A stretch of DNA of 64,000 nucleotides, taken from NCBI GenBank assembly GCA_003427395.1, contig BFEA01000027.1:1767086-1831085 (forward strand), in the 5' to 3' direction. The DNA comes from Chara braunii. Lineage: Eukaryota > Plantae > Charophyceae. The position numbers and the translations under genes are program-made. Below the pieces are notes generated by a model that worked only from the letters and a program-made list of their open reading frames with translations, did not search any database and was not told the origin of the DNA. Positions 51,522 through 63,410 of the stretch are shown here, in pieces (position 1 is the first letter of the stretch; every line of letters starts with the position of its first letter).

Positions 51522-53070
51522 TGGGAGCATGTGAGTGTGTGTGCATGTGTGGTGCACGTGCATGTGGAGAGGTGTGTGTGTGTGTCAGAGTACAACTCCA
51601 CAAAAAAACATGTGGAGAGGGTGCGTGTGTAGTATTCGCTGTACACGACTCCACAAAGAAAACCATGATTGTGCTGTACTGTTTCGTCTATGTGTGTGTT
51701 GTTATGTCGCTAGACACAACTCCAAAAACAATTGTGGAGAGGTGCAGAAAATTGTGACCCTGCACCTCTACACAAACACATCCAGAGAGGATTTCACACG
51801 GCATGTCGGGCCCACCAGGCCTCCCCCACCGCTGCACTACAGGCCCTTTCCCAAATGAGACAGGGTTGGTAGTACTTGGTACTTGTTAACCTGCCAGTAC
51901 ACGGCCCCAGCCTTGTGGATATTTACACATTGCCTGGCCCGAAAGTTCCGTGCCTCGCGCCTCCAGGCCGGGGTTTACTGGTGGTTTAGGGGTGCCTCTC
52001 CTATTACCCCTAACACAGGGGCTAGAACCTATCACGATTTCGCTAGACCCTGGCACTCTCTCCCTCCAACAATCACCCGACAGCCTCCGACTCTGGAGAC
52101 AAAGCAACGGCTCAGGTTACGCCCCTCCCCTTTACAACCACAGACCAAGCTTCAACTAACCACTTCCTTCAATCTCCAACAGCTGATTGCCCTGGGTCCA
52201 AGTTCTGCCAACCACTTGAGACCCTCTACCCTGTTTTCTGCCTGCAACACTGGTCCGCCTCCGGTCTCCCAGGATGGAGAGCTGAGTGTGGGTCTTATTT
52301 GTTTGCCTCAAAAGCTAGACCATACAAAAACTTTCCCTCTTTGACCCCACATCGGAGATTTTTTGCTCTCATGTCTATAAAAAAGAGGAAAGAATTCCGG
52401 GACATATTTCAGCTATCTGCCTTTATAAGGGAGAAAACTAATAGAAAATTCGTTTTTGAAAAAAAGGCCTGGGAAAACAGTGGGAAAACAATCATGAATA
52501 TGGCACATGGCTGCCACCACCATGCCCAACCCCCACAACGGTTCAGTAGATAAGAGGTGAGCAATGCTGGTGGTTCACACCGCCAGTGGGCGTTCAAGCC
52601 ATTGAAACAATGCCCACGGGATAACATGAGGCCACAGAAAGGCTCAAGAGTGCCCGCCATGGAAAGGGTGGCGACACCAGAAAATCAAACACTGCAACTG
52701 TCCGGATGCCTTTGGGCCAGGCAAAAACGAGGTTGGGAGCCGCTGGCGCTTTCCACCACCAGTCCATTTCCCAGCTATTCTGTTCCAACACAACAGTTAA
52801 TCAATTGCATAGTTGTGGGCTCGGGCCTGATGGATTGAAAAGGCGGGCAGCACCAGACATAAGGACGCAATTTTGCACCCGTGCAGAGTCTTTTTTTTCT
52901 TGACGCTTTTTGACACACCGCAGAAATCTGGGTCGGAAATGGAGGCTAGGAAGGACTAGTGGTTTAAGCAGTTTCCAACAGGTATATGTACCTCCACCAT
53001 TTCATAGCAGAATGTTTTGCAGGAATCATGGGCAGTCCAAACCGGCAAACACAAAAGAGGGCAGCTCATA

Positions 53071-53452
53071 TCAAACCACCAGTACGTTTCCCTTGCCGAG
53101 CCTGAAAACGCACTGCATGCCAAAAAACAACGAACTGGCGCGGGCCTTTCTTTTGGCTGGCGCCGCCAGACTTTTTGCTCCGGCAGGCCGACCCCTGAAA
53201 CTTGTGGCTGCATGCACATCGCAGCAGAAAAAAATGGATGGGAAACGTACTGGTGGTTCAAACCACCAGTACTTCCGGGCCACTTTTTCCCCGGCCTCGA
53301 AACACCCTGCGCACCAAAAAAAAAAGGACTCCGCAAGGGCCTCTTTTTGGCTGGCGCCACAAGCCATTTGCTCCGGCAGCTGGCCACCAGACGTTGAGCT
53401 GTGCATGCAGCTGCTTTAGAGAAAATGGCTGTGAAACGTACTGGTGGTCTAA
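53071..53452. mobile_element. Two adjacent TTAA-family MITEs sharing a junction
   Basis: ACCACCAGTAC TIR pairs at 53071-53260 and 53258-53452. Confidence 0.75.
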
Positions 53453-54590
53453 GATTCCCAAGGCTTTGTTAAGGTCTTCTGAACACTGTGGGAATCATGC
53501 CCTCGGTGTTGGCTGGTCTGTGTGGCCCCCACTACCGAAGTTCTCCAGCGCCTTGACAATATGTTAAAAACAATTTGGCCTTGGCCAAGGACAGACTTCT
53601 GGACACTATATGAGCTGGATGTTGCTTCAAGTAAATTTTCTCATGGCTCTCATGCAGAGATACAGATGACCATCAGACATCTGGATCGCCATCCAGGCAC
53701 CTGGATGGCGTGTGGGTGGTCCGGATGACCTGGAACATGGTGTGTCCTATTGAGTCCAGTGCCCATGAGGAAAGCTTTCCCCGAATTCTTCGCTTTCCAC
53801 CCTAGACATTAAGATATCCTCGGTCAGGAACCCAGCACCTGGGTGAGTGGGGCCTCATCCTGAGTCTTCCAGTGCCCTAGCCATGGATTTTTCACATCAT
53901 ACTTTCGTCATGTCGCTCACTTCTAATGCTACTATGGCCAAAATTGAGTAACTATGGCCAAAATTGAGTTGCTTGACTGACAGTCTCTACTATTGGCAAG
54001 TTGGGGAGACCTGATTCCAATAAAGGTAGTGGAATATGATGTTGTGTTCTTCAGTAGCTCATAGGGCAGGTTTGTTCGGATTTTGGGCAACAGAAAGGGT
54101 GAAGGAAAACAACAAGTAGCCCACGTGAGTTTCGAAATCCCAAGCCCACCGCCTACCCCCAAACACAACACACCCTAATCATGAATGTATACAACCTATC
54201 TGTCATGGCCTGATGCAGTCATCGTGAGGGTGCACTGTTTTTGGGCGGCTGAATGGTAGCCCTGTAAGGATCTGTGGCACTGTGGCACAGATCCTGCACA
54301 TCGCCACTACGAGCAGTCTCATACTTTCCAACCCGAATAGTCTATTCTGCACTTTTCCTAAAAGAAAAGAGGAAAGCAGAAAGAAGAAAGCACAGCCTAC
54401 AAGCACCACTGTGGAGGTGAGAAGCTACACAATTTTCAGGCTCCATATATCCACAAAAAAAGGGGATTCATTCCTTTTCTTTTCGAGGGAATGCCGAGTA
54501 ACCTGACAAAAAAAAAAAAAAAGGTCACCTGACGAAGAGTTTAAGGACAGGCTCCACTGTCCAGCCGTTCAGGAAAATCAGAAAATTGCC

Positions 54591-54702
54591 TGGCCGAAGA
54601 GCCTGGCTCATCCCCTCAGGCCGGGGCTAATGATGTGAGGGACGCTGGGCCCGTTTCCCAGCATATAATGAAATCTTCCTTTTTCTAAAAAAAGGGAAAA
54701 AA
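54591..54702 (+). mobile_element. 5'-truncated copy of the pseudoknot-tail retroposon
   Basis: PK1 at 54639-54662, A-rich tail, 11-bp TSD AGAAAATTGCC. Confidence 0.75.
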
Positions 54703-55736
54703 AGAAAATTGCCCCTCTTTGGAAACAGACAGAGACAGTTTTTAGGGTAGATTAAAACAAAACTGGTACCCACATAGCCAGCAGTGGTCCGACGTGCACG
54801 ACTGATTAACTCTAGTCCCGACTACATCATAGTACAGTGCCACAGAGTTCGGCGCTGCTCCCACCAATTCCTGCTTGAAGCACATGTCACGCTGGAGCTG
54901 CTCTTGGCGTCCACCAGGTACGTCGCCAGCTTGTCCTCCACGGCCTTCAACTTCCTCCAAGGATCTCTTTTTCTCGTGCCACCCTCCTTCACCTCCCTAG
55001 AGCTATGGCACTTGTCTTCCTCCTCAGTCGAGCTATGGCTGGCGTTGGTTGCATACAAGGTGTTGTGCACTCCTGCAGTGCTGAGTTTGACCTAGCCCTC
55101 CTGCCGTGCTGTGTCGACCTAGTGCTCCTGCAGCCTGGCAGCATTCTGCATCTGGGTCTCTCCTTATATCGAAGAGCCAGATCGCTGTTCGCCTGGTAGG
55201 CAATGCCTTCTGAAGCCTTCTGACCATGGCCATGCCCCTACCCGGTCCTCGTCTGAGCCTGACTGGGCGTTCACGGCCCGATCTCAGGGCCTATTGTTCC
55301 TCTGTCCACAGCTGAGAGGCCCAGACGGCCTCACACTTTTTGGTTTTGTTTTATTTCATTTGATGTTTTGTTTTTCCATTTTATTCCATTTGATCTATTA
55401 TAGTATTACCTAGGCTGGGCTGTTGCCCGGCCAGGGACGCCCGGGCCAGCTGGGCAGGGAGGGATCACCAGGCAAAACCAGGCAGGTGAAAAAAGAGGGA
55501 AGGATTCCCCCCCCCAAAAAAAGGCCCGGACTGCAGTTGGCCTGAGCAGTCAGATTCCGGCCTTACCTTCCATTTCAGTGGTGGGTCACCCAGGGGTGTT
55601 TGAGTGGTATAAAATTACTCCAAACAGTGACTAAAGGGGTTTAAAAGGGTCTATCTTACCTCATATTTCCTCATTTATTTTTCTTAAAATTAACAAGGAA
55701 TTTCAAGGGGAACCTCAGCCAAAAGTTGCTTGTACT

Positions 55737-58050
55737 TTGGGGTGTATAATTAGTCTTTGTGGACTGGTAATTCATTGACTATGTTTGTCGACAATTAGGG
55801 TAGCGATCAGGGTTGTCAGGCGGGGGCCCCCAGGGGCAAAGCCGGGGTAGCGGTTTGACCCCCGGACCCCCACTGCAGGGGTGCCCCACCCCTGCCCCGC
55901 CCAAAACACCCCCGTCGGTGCCCCGCCCCTCGCACCCCCGCCNNNNNNNNNNNNNNNNNNNNNNNNNNNNNNNNNNNNNNNNNNNNNNNNNNNNNNNNNN
56001 NNNNNNNNNNNNNNNNNNNNNNNNNNNNNNNNNNNNNNNNNNNNNNNNNNNNNNNNNNNNNNNNNNNNNNNNNNNNNNNNNNNNNNNNNNNNNNNNNNNN
56101 NNNNNNNNNNNNNNNNNNNNNNNNNNNNNNNNNNNNNNNNNNNNNNNNNNNNNNNNNNNNNNNNNNNNNNNNNNNNNNNNNNNNNNNNNNNNNNNNNNNN
56201 NNNNNNNNNNNNNNNNNNNNNNNNNNNNNNNNNNNNNNNNNNNNNNNNNNNNNNNNNNNNNNNNNNNNNNNNNNNNNNNNNNNNNNNNNNNNNNNNNNNN
56301 NNNNNNNNNNNNNNNNNNNNNNNNNNNNNNNNNNNNNNNNNNNNNNNNNNNNNNNNNNNNNNNNNNNNNNNNNNNNNNNNNNNNNNNNNNNNNNNNNNNN
56401 NNNNNNNNNNNNNNNNNNNNNNNNNNNNNNNNNNNNNNNNNNNNNNNNNNNNNNNNNNNNNNNNNNNNNNNNNNNNNNNNNNNNNNNNNNNNNNNNNNNN
56501 NNNNNNNNNNNNNNNNNNNNNNNNNNNNNNNNNNNNNNNNNNNNNNNNNNNNNNNNNNNNNNNNNNNNNNNNNNNNNNNNNNNNNNNNNNNNNNNNNNNN
56601 NNNNNNNNNNNNNNNNNNNNNNNNNNNNNNNNNNNNNNNNNNNNNNNNNNNNNNNNNNNNNNNNNNNNNNNNNNNNNNNNNNNNNNNNNNNNNNNNNCCC
56701 AACCCCGGCCCCGCAGCACGATCGTGATGAGCACCCCCAGCCCCGCACCCCTTGCCCCGACCACGCACCCCCGCCCCAGCTGCCAGCCAACCCCGGCCCC
56801 GCACCCCGCTGGGCCCCGCCCCCGGCCTCGCGCCCACACTACCCCGGGCTCACGAGGGTGGGGTGTAGCCCCGGGGGGGGGGCCAAGGTCAGGCCAGAAC
56901 TGCAATATTGCAGTTTGGCCCAGGGGGTGCAGGCTGCAGCTGCGCACCCCCCTGTTTTTGTTTTTTTTTTAATTGTTTTTGATTTTTTTTATTTATTTAT
57001 TTTTTTTGCCAGGGCCAGGGGTGCCGACCCCTGGCCCCCGGGACCCCTGCCGGTGCTCGACAAACCACCGATACTTGCTACCATCTTCACCCGAAAATAA
57101 CACCCACGCGTTATATTCAACTTACCCTAAAGAGATTAGATTTTCGTTTTTACTCACTTTTTTTCAAATAAAACGCCCCTTCAAATAGAATGCCCGGGCG
57201 TTATATTTGAATGGGGTTTTGACTTCCAAAGGCTATAATTTGCCTTGAGTTTTCGTTTTTATTTTTTATTTCCGAGTTCATAAGGAATTCTGAAGTGACC
57301 CTCCGCCAAAAGTTGGTCGCATTCCAATCCTGGACAACATTTTTTTTTTGAGAAATTTTTGATTTATTTTTTTTCGAAAATTTGGGGCCTCACAGAAATC
57401 ACCACAAATTTACTGAATATAACGCCCCGGCGTTATATTTGTACACAACGCCCAGGCGTTATTTTCGGGTGAAGACGGAAGGTAGAATTGGTGCTCATCA
57501 CGTGATTTTCAGAGATTGGCGAGGATCTGCTACCTTGCTGCTGGTTGGCGGTGTTAATAGAGGTATACAGAGTGCAGAGTGTGATTTTGTGAATGGTTGT
57601 TGATTTTGCCCGTGGGTTGGTCCATCACGTGGGGTGCGGATTTGGATTTTAGTTGGGATTGCTGATTGGCGGTGAATAGGGTATAGAGTTGGAACTTGTG
57701 AATCATTTTGGGATTCTGTCCGTGGGTAATTAGGATTAGATCATTGACAATCTTGTTTTTGTGCGTTTGGTTGGTGATTTGTTACCTGGCTTGGATTTTG
57801 CTAGATTAGGGTTGCTTAATAATGGCAGTTTGGATTAGGATTTCGGTTTCTTAAATTAGGGAACACGATTTTTGTTTTGGGGTTGCGATTGGGATTGGCT
57901 GTCATGACCTTGTGGGGCTGCGGTAGGGATAGGTTTGGCCGAGAGTGCCTTGCTTAGCTGGTTTGGCCGCAGCAAATGATGTAAGGGACGCCAGGCCCGT
58001 TTCCTGGTTATATGCTATCTTCTTTGTTCAGTATAAAAAAGAAAAAAAGG
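55737..58050 (+). mobile_element. Pseudoknot-tail retroposon inserted in a hAT MITE, itself containing nested elements
   Basis: 15-bp TSD AAAGTTGCTTGTACT (55722-55736, 58051-58065), PK1 at 57985-58008, A-rich tail. Confidence 0.8.
57081..57478. mobile_element. pogo/Tigger-like MITE
   Basis: About 32-bp TIR CCRTCTTCACCCGAAAATAAC; a related end lies at about 17950-18019. Confidence 0.8.
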
Positions 58051-59019
58051 AAAGTTGCTTGTACTGCAATTTTACACAACATCTTTTTTTTCCAGATGTT
58101 TTTGAATTTATTTTTTTCTGTTTTTTTCAATATTATGCACTGGGACTGCCCCGGACCCTGCCCGGACCCTTCCCGTCCTGGGCTGTGCCCAGGAGGGTAC
58201 CCAGGCGACCTTCCCCCAGCCGGGCCGCCCAGGGACCAGCCTAGAGTATTACTTTTTTTCATTTTATTTTTTTAAGCACCTCTTAATTACCAAGGAACCC
58301 GTGTTTTCTTTTTTTCTTTTTTTTCTTTTTTTTAACCATCCGCCTCAGCCAAGTAAGAGAGGTGACAAGAGCATCCTCCAGTAGCCCGTGTTCAAGGCTG
58401 TGCATCTATTCTCCCCGAAGCTCCAAGAGGGGCCAAGGGACTCCAGCCTGTAACCCCAGGCAGAGAGCCCCGCCCTTGTAGTCAGCGCTGCTGAGCAAGC
58501 TAAAACCACTGGCTCTAGAACTCGCTGCAGGTACATAACTCCAGTCAGCCTACCCATGTTGGTCATACATGGGCACATCGCCCAGTCTAGCCTATATCAT
58601 TTTATTTTCCATTCTTTTATATATTCTTTTTTTTCATTTTTACTATTTTGTTTAGTTATTTATTTGACCTTTTCTTTTCTTTTTTTTGCCATTTTTCCTT
58701 TTCTCCCACAAACACGCAAGCGTTCATTTCCCTAGTCTAGGTCCCACTTCTTTACGCCTGACGGTTCTTCCTAATCTAGATTCAGACACAAGGAAAAAGG
58801 CCCCTTTTTATTATTGTTTTTTTTTTTTGAAGTCCAGGGTCTTGTAGAGGCCAGTTACTAGTCTCACATTGATTGCCGGAAGATATTTTTCTTTGAGCCA
58901 GAATCAGTAGGTTTTCATGCCTGAGCTGCACAGCGTAGGTGCTAGGTTCTATTCCCGTTGCCGTCACTTTCAGTGGCCTGAGAAGGATTGGTGGCCACGA
59001 CCAGTGAACACTGGTAATT

Positions 59020-59074
59020 CGCTGGGGCGAGTTGTGCCACCCTGTAACCCGTTACAATGCGGGAGCATCGGGCC
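59020..59074 (+). ncRNA. Isolated SRP Alu-domain-like fold
   Basis: GCT-GGGGC-GAGTTGT-GCCACCC-TGTAA-CCCGT-TACAAT-GCGGG-AGC; the loops GTTGT and ACAAT are complementary. Confidence 0.65.
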
Positions 59075-59432
59075 AAGTGGAAGTGGCTGCTCAGGTCCTG
59101 CTGCGGCCGGTCAGGACACACCCAATAAAAAGAGCTCTCAGGTTGAGTTCTCAGTCAGAATCATCAAAGCTGACATTCATAATTACAATGCTTATCAGAG
59201 TTGAGACCCGCAATATCACGATATTTCCAGAGGCTTAAAAACCTGTCACAACATAAGCTCTTTTAAGATCAATAAGGAAGCTCAATAAGTCATGATCATG
59301 GCATATAATCTACAATAATAACTTCCATAATAATCTTGAATTACCCGGGGCCAGTCACCTGTGGCTATATCTCAAGAAAAAAAGAAAAAGATGTACACTA
59401 AACAGAAACGCCCTCATTTCCACCATGGACAT

Positions 59433-59793
59433 AGTCTACCTCAGTGGTTAGCTCATCTATCTACCTCTGTGGTTAACTCATCTATCTACCTCTGTGGTTA
59501 ACTCATCTATCTACCTCAGTGGTTAACTCATGTATCTACCTAATGAGACGTACACTAAAAAGAAACGGCCCTCATTTCCACGATGGACATAGTCTACCTC
59601 CTGTCTCTTATACACATCTAGATGTGTATAAGAGACAGGTCTACCTCAGTGGTTAACTCATCTATCTATCTCTGTGGTTGACTCATCTATCTACCTCTGT
59701 GGTTAACTCATCTATCTACCTCAGCGGTTAACTCATCTATCTACCTCAGAGGTTAACTCAGATGTCTACCTCAGAGGTTAACTCATCTGTCTC
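59433..59793. repeat. 25-bp minisatellite CTACCTCWGTGGTTAACTCATCTAT
   Basis: About 10 tandem units in two blocks. Confidence 0.85.
59601..59638. other. Nextera mate-pair junction adapter (assembly artefact)
   Basis: CTGTCTCTTATACACATCT+AGATGTGTATAAGAGACAG, with GTCTACCTC on both sides. Confidence 0.98.
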
Positions 59794-60279
59794 CTCCACA
59801 ATTAAAAAAAAAAAAGAAAAAAAAAAGGGTGCGGCTGAATGGCCTTCGGAGAAAAGGAGCGGATTAACAGCCAGCCCAGTGAGGGGACAATCCCTTCAGC
59901 AAAATGCTGTCCCCATATACTCAATCTGAGGCACGAGCTCACCCCTCATACCACGACAAACCGGCAATAGAAAGTGGGTGTGGTGGAAAGGGGTCCCGAA
60001 ATGAGGAGACATCCATCAAGAGATACATGGCCGGCTTCCAGGTGTCCAAAAACACCAACTCAAGGTGCTGGAGCAATCAATCTCTGCGAGCCCATAATCT
60101 CGGGGGCCCTTCTATATAACCCCTGAGATAGTGGATTACCGCATGGTGCCAAATAACACACACACAAACATACCCATAGTCACATATCCTTTTGTCTTCT
60201 GGCCATACAATCTCCAATACGAAAAGCTTAGAACCACTGCCGGTTGTTCAACAGTGAGCATCGCTAGCGCCCTGGTACC

Positions 60280-62406
60280 CTGCGGGGGACCGGCCGGCAA
60301 GGCCCGGCCTGCTCTCCACACAACACGTCAAGGAAGGTGACCTGTCGTCGACGTGACCTTCACGTTGGACCGTCTGCATGCCAGGTGGCGTGCAACGTGG
60401 TGCCCGTTTGAGAGGGGTGTGTCCGGTGGAAAGGGGTGTTACTAGTATGAGTTGAGGTGTGTGACGTGGCGTTGGTTTATTGCGGCTACGTGGTGTGGGA
60501 GGGAGATGGAATACAAAATTCTGCTTGGGGAGGAGCAGCAGGGTATCCCTCCTTCCCTGTTGCTCAAGGAGGAGCGCGATATATCTCGAGCGATGAGGAT
60601 GCTGGATCTCTATAAAAATCAAGTGGCGGAGATGCTAGAGCTTTTGACCAGTGAACATGGAAGCCTCCCACTAGAGCTCCTGCTGGAGAGTGAAGGGTTT
60701 CTTGATGAATGGGAAGCGGATATGATAACTAATTGCTCTTTGCATCCTCCACAACAACAAGACTGCTACGAAGTGACGCGGATGCAGCAGATATGCAAGC
60801 GTGCCTCTCGCTGTTTGAGAAGCTGCGGGCGAAGATTTCAATATGTCGGGCAACTTTTGATACCGACACAACTAACCTACCTCGGCTTTGTGATGGCGAG
60901 ATGGTTCGTGGGGTTGATTTCCATTCGGAAGATGCCCCCAACACGCAGCAAGCGAGGGTTGAGGTGACAGCAGGTCACAACTATCCTAATCTGGACTACG
61001 GAGACCGCACTGTGTGTGCCGACCTGCTGCTACTTGGAAGTAATCAACATAATGAAGGAGGAGGTGGTTTGAGCCGGTGCAATTTGGAAATAACGAACAT
61101 GACGGGGAAGGGGGCAGTCAACATGCCGCGGGGGGAGGAGGGTGCACTATGTGCACTGAGGGAGTGTTATTCGGAAACGACGAGCACGATGAGGAAGGGG
61201 GTATCCAGTATGACGTGATAGTGGAAGATGGTGAGCAAATGCATGCTGGTGTGATGCCTCGAGGCCACCACCACCCCTATGATCGACAACAAAATCAACC
61301 TTAGAACAACATCTTACAAAATCCAAACCTGATCAAAGTTCTTGGGAAAACTTTGGCATGATACCCTGTTTTCCCGCTGGAGGGGTTCCCTGCACCCCAT
61401 TCTGGTTTGGTGATGTGGAGGTCGCTGGTGACTTTGGAGGAGGTAAGTGCTCGGTGCTGTTAGGTATCTGTTTCTTCTGGGGATGGCTAGGGTTTCGTTT
61501 TGAAGACGGGAGGATGGAACAAACACTAAGGGAGGGGACAACTGTGATACAACAGACTTGGAATGAGGGAATGGTGAGATCAGGTGTTGGTTAGGCGGGT
61601 ACGGGCGGGGGAGAATTCGTCGATGTTGTACTCTACCACTGATGCTAGCATTACAATATGATCACAAAATAACGGGTGGAGCATTGGAGAGCTGGGAAGA
61701 GTGTCAGTTTGTTGATTTGCTCTCTATGAGGGTACGGGCGTGAAGCACATGAAAAGCTCCCTTGCATGATCACAACAGTATGGTAGTGGTAGTTTAGCCA
61801 TAAGGGGCTCTTGGCTTTTCACTCCGGGCACACTGATTACATGAAATACACATACTACTGATCTCTCAAGAAGAATTCGAGCCACTGATGTAGTCATAAT
61901 GTGTTCGCATATAACTCGCTCTCATGATTTGGGGGTGTGGACTGGGAAACAGTTGCTTGTAGGGTTACTTCCGGTAGGGACAGGGCGGTAGTTTCCTTGG
62001 GTAGGAGGGTTTCAGGGAAGCTTCACTCTGCAGAAGACCGGGGTGTAACAGCTGGGATTCTGCCACGTAACAGGGACAGGGTGGAATTTTAGTATGTTGG
62101 TGCAATAGATGTAGATGATTCATTTGATAGCAATTGAAGATTGGTATTAGTCCACCTCTGAGATAGATGGGCAGTCAATCCCCTTGCGAAGAGGGCAATC
62201 AATGCTGCTCATCGTATATAACTTGGCATAATGGCATGCATAACACATCATCTGGCTCCTTGTTATGATGTGAAGGGACGCTGGACCCGTTTTCCAGCAG
62301 GTGCAGCTCCCCACCAATGGAACGGAGTCATCTAACGAGCGGGGATAGCAGAGGGGGTGTCTGCTCTTATCAGCACGTCCCATACACCCGGTCGATGTTC
62401 AAAAAA
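60280..62406 (+). mobile_element. Probable second long member of the family: GC-rich leader, frameshifted orphan ORF (about 60506-61304), UTR, pseudoknot tail
   Basis: Tail at 62275-62406; overlapping ORF pieces; no TSD found and the 5' limit is approximate. Confidence 0.5.
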
Positions 62407-63240
62407 GGGCCCGAATTCTTACACTGTAAGGGCACCCTAACTGAGCCAGGGTGATTAATTTACCCTAACTCTTTTCTTCGTTCCACAGCCCGTAAGGATT
62501 ACAAGGGCTTTATTTAAAAAAAAAAAAAAACAGGAAGACCATACACTTACCCGCCATTACATCTCAGGTGAGGAGGGCCGGGTGTCAGGACCTCGGCCTG
62601 TCGGGCAATCAGTAGGGTCCCACCCTTACATTTCTAGTCACCTCCGGGGGCTCCCTAGAGATTTTTGTCGTTTTGCCTGGACCGCCCTCATTTTGTAAGG
62701 GCGGACCCTAACAGCCGAGAATGTGAAAACAAGCTTAGGGTTCGATTTTGTTGTCATTAGGGAGTGGTGGAACAATGATTTTGTAAGGATCCTTACATTT
62801 GTAGTGGTGTCGAGCAAGCCCCCTACTCAGATCTTATCAAGATGCTAGGTTGGCAGCAGGGTGTGAAATTCTGAGTGCGCTTCAACAATTTCCTGATGAG
62901 AAAGTCTTTAAAAATCAGAGAAGTAGATTAACTGCTGGTCTTCAACTACAGCCTGGCCTTCAATGACTGGAGCAACATTGTTCCTACTGTACCTTTAAGA
63001 CCTCTGCCGGATTTCCCTGATCCCTCCCCTCTCTCAAACCTTTACTTAGTTCCCAGGTCGTGGTATGCGTACGAATGATCTGGAAAATCCCTTGCATTGT
63101 CGGTGAATGTTAGGGTCAGCCTTTCTCAAGAACAAGTGTGATTGAGTGCTAGGAAGATACGTATATCTGGCGCCCTCTCAGGGTGAGGAGGCACAAGACT
63201 CAACACTCAGTTGCAGATTTCCCACTGGCACTGATCAGAA

Positions 63241-63410
63241 GGGACGCTGGGCCAAGTTCCCAGTTTGTGCTGTACCTCGGTCCTTCATTGTTTCTCATGG
63301 GACGCTGGACCCAGTTTCCAGCAGGTGCAGCTCCCCACCAATAGAATGGAGCCCCGATACGTCAGGTAGGAGTGCATGCTCGTATCATCACTCCTACCTG
63401 ACGCCACGGG
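63241..63410 (+). mobile_element. Retroposon 3' tail with duplicated PK1 and a perfect 15-bp hairpin
   Basis: PK1 at 63241 and 63299, PK2, CGTCAGGTAGGAGTG/CACTCCTACCTGACG. Confidence 0.75.

Larger units (their letters stand above)
55410..58244. mobile_element. hAT-type MITE (same family as 34094-34608), split by a retroposon
   Basis: TIR CTAGGCTGG, perfect 8-bp TSD AGTATTAC; the two halves match 34094-34608. Confidence 0.88.

Noticed and set aside
59433-59793. 25-bp repeat as a CRISPR-like or tRNA array
   Set aside because: No spacers and no cloverleaf; it is a simple minisatellite, partly mis-assembled.
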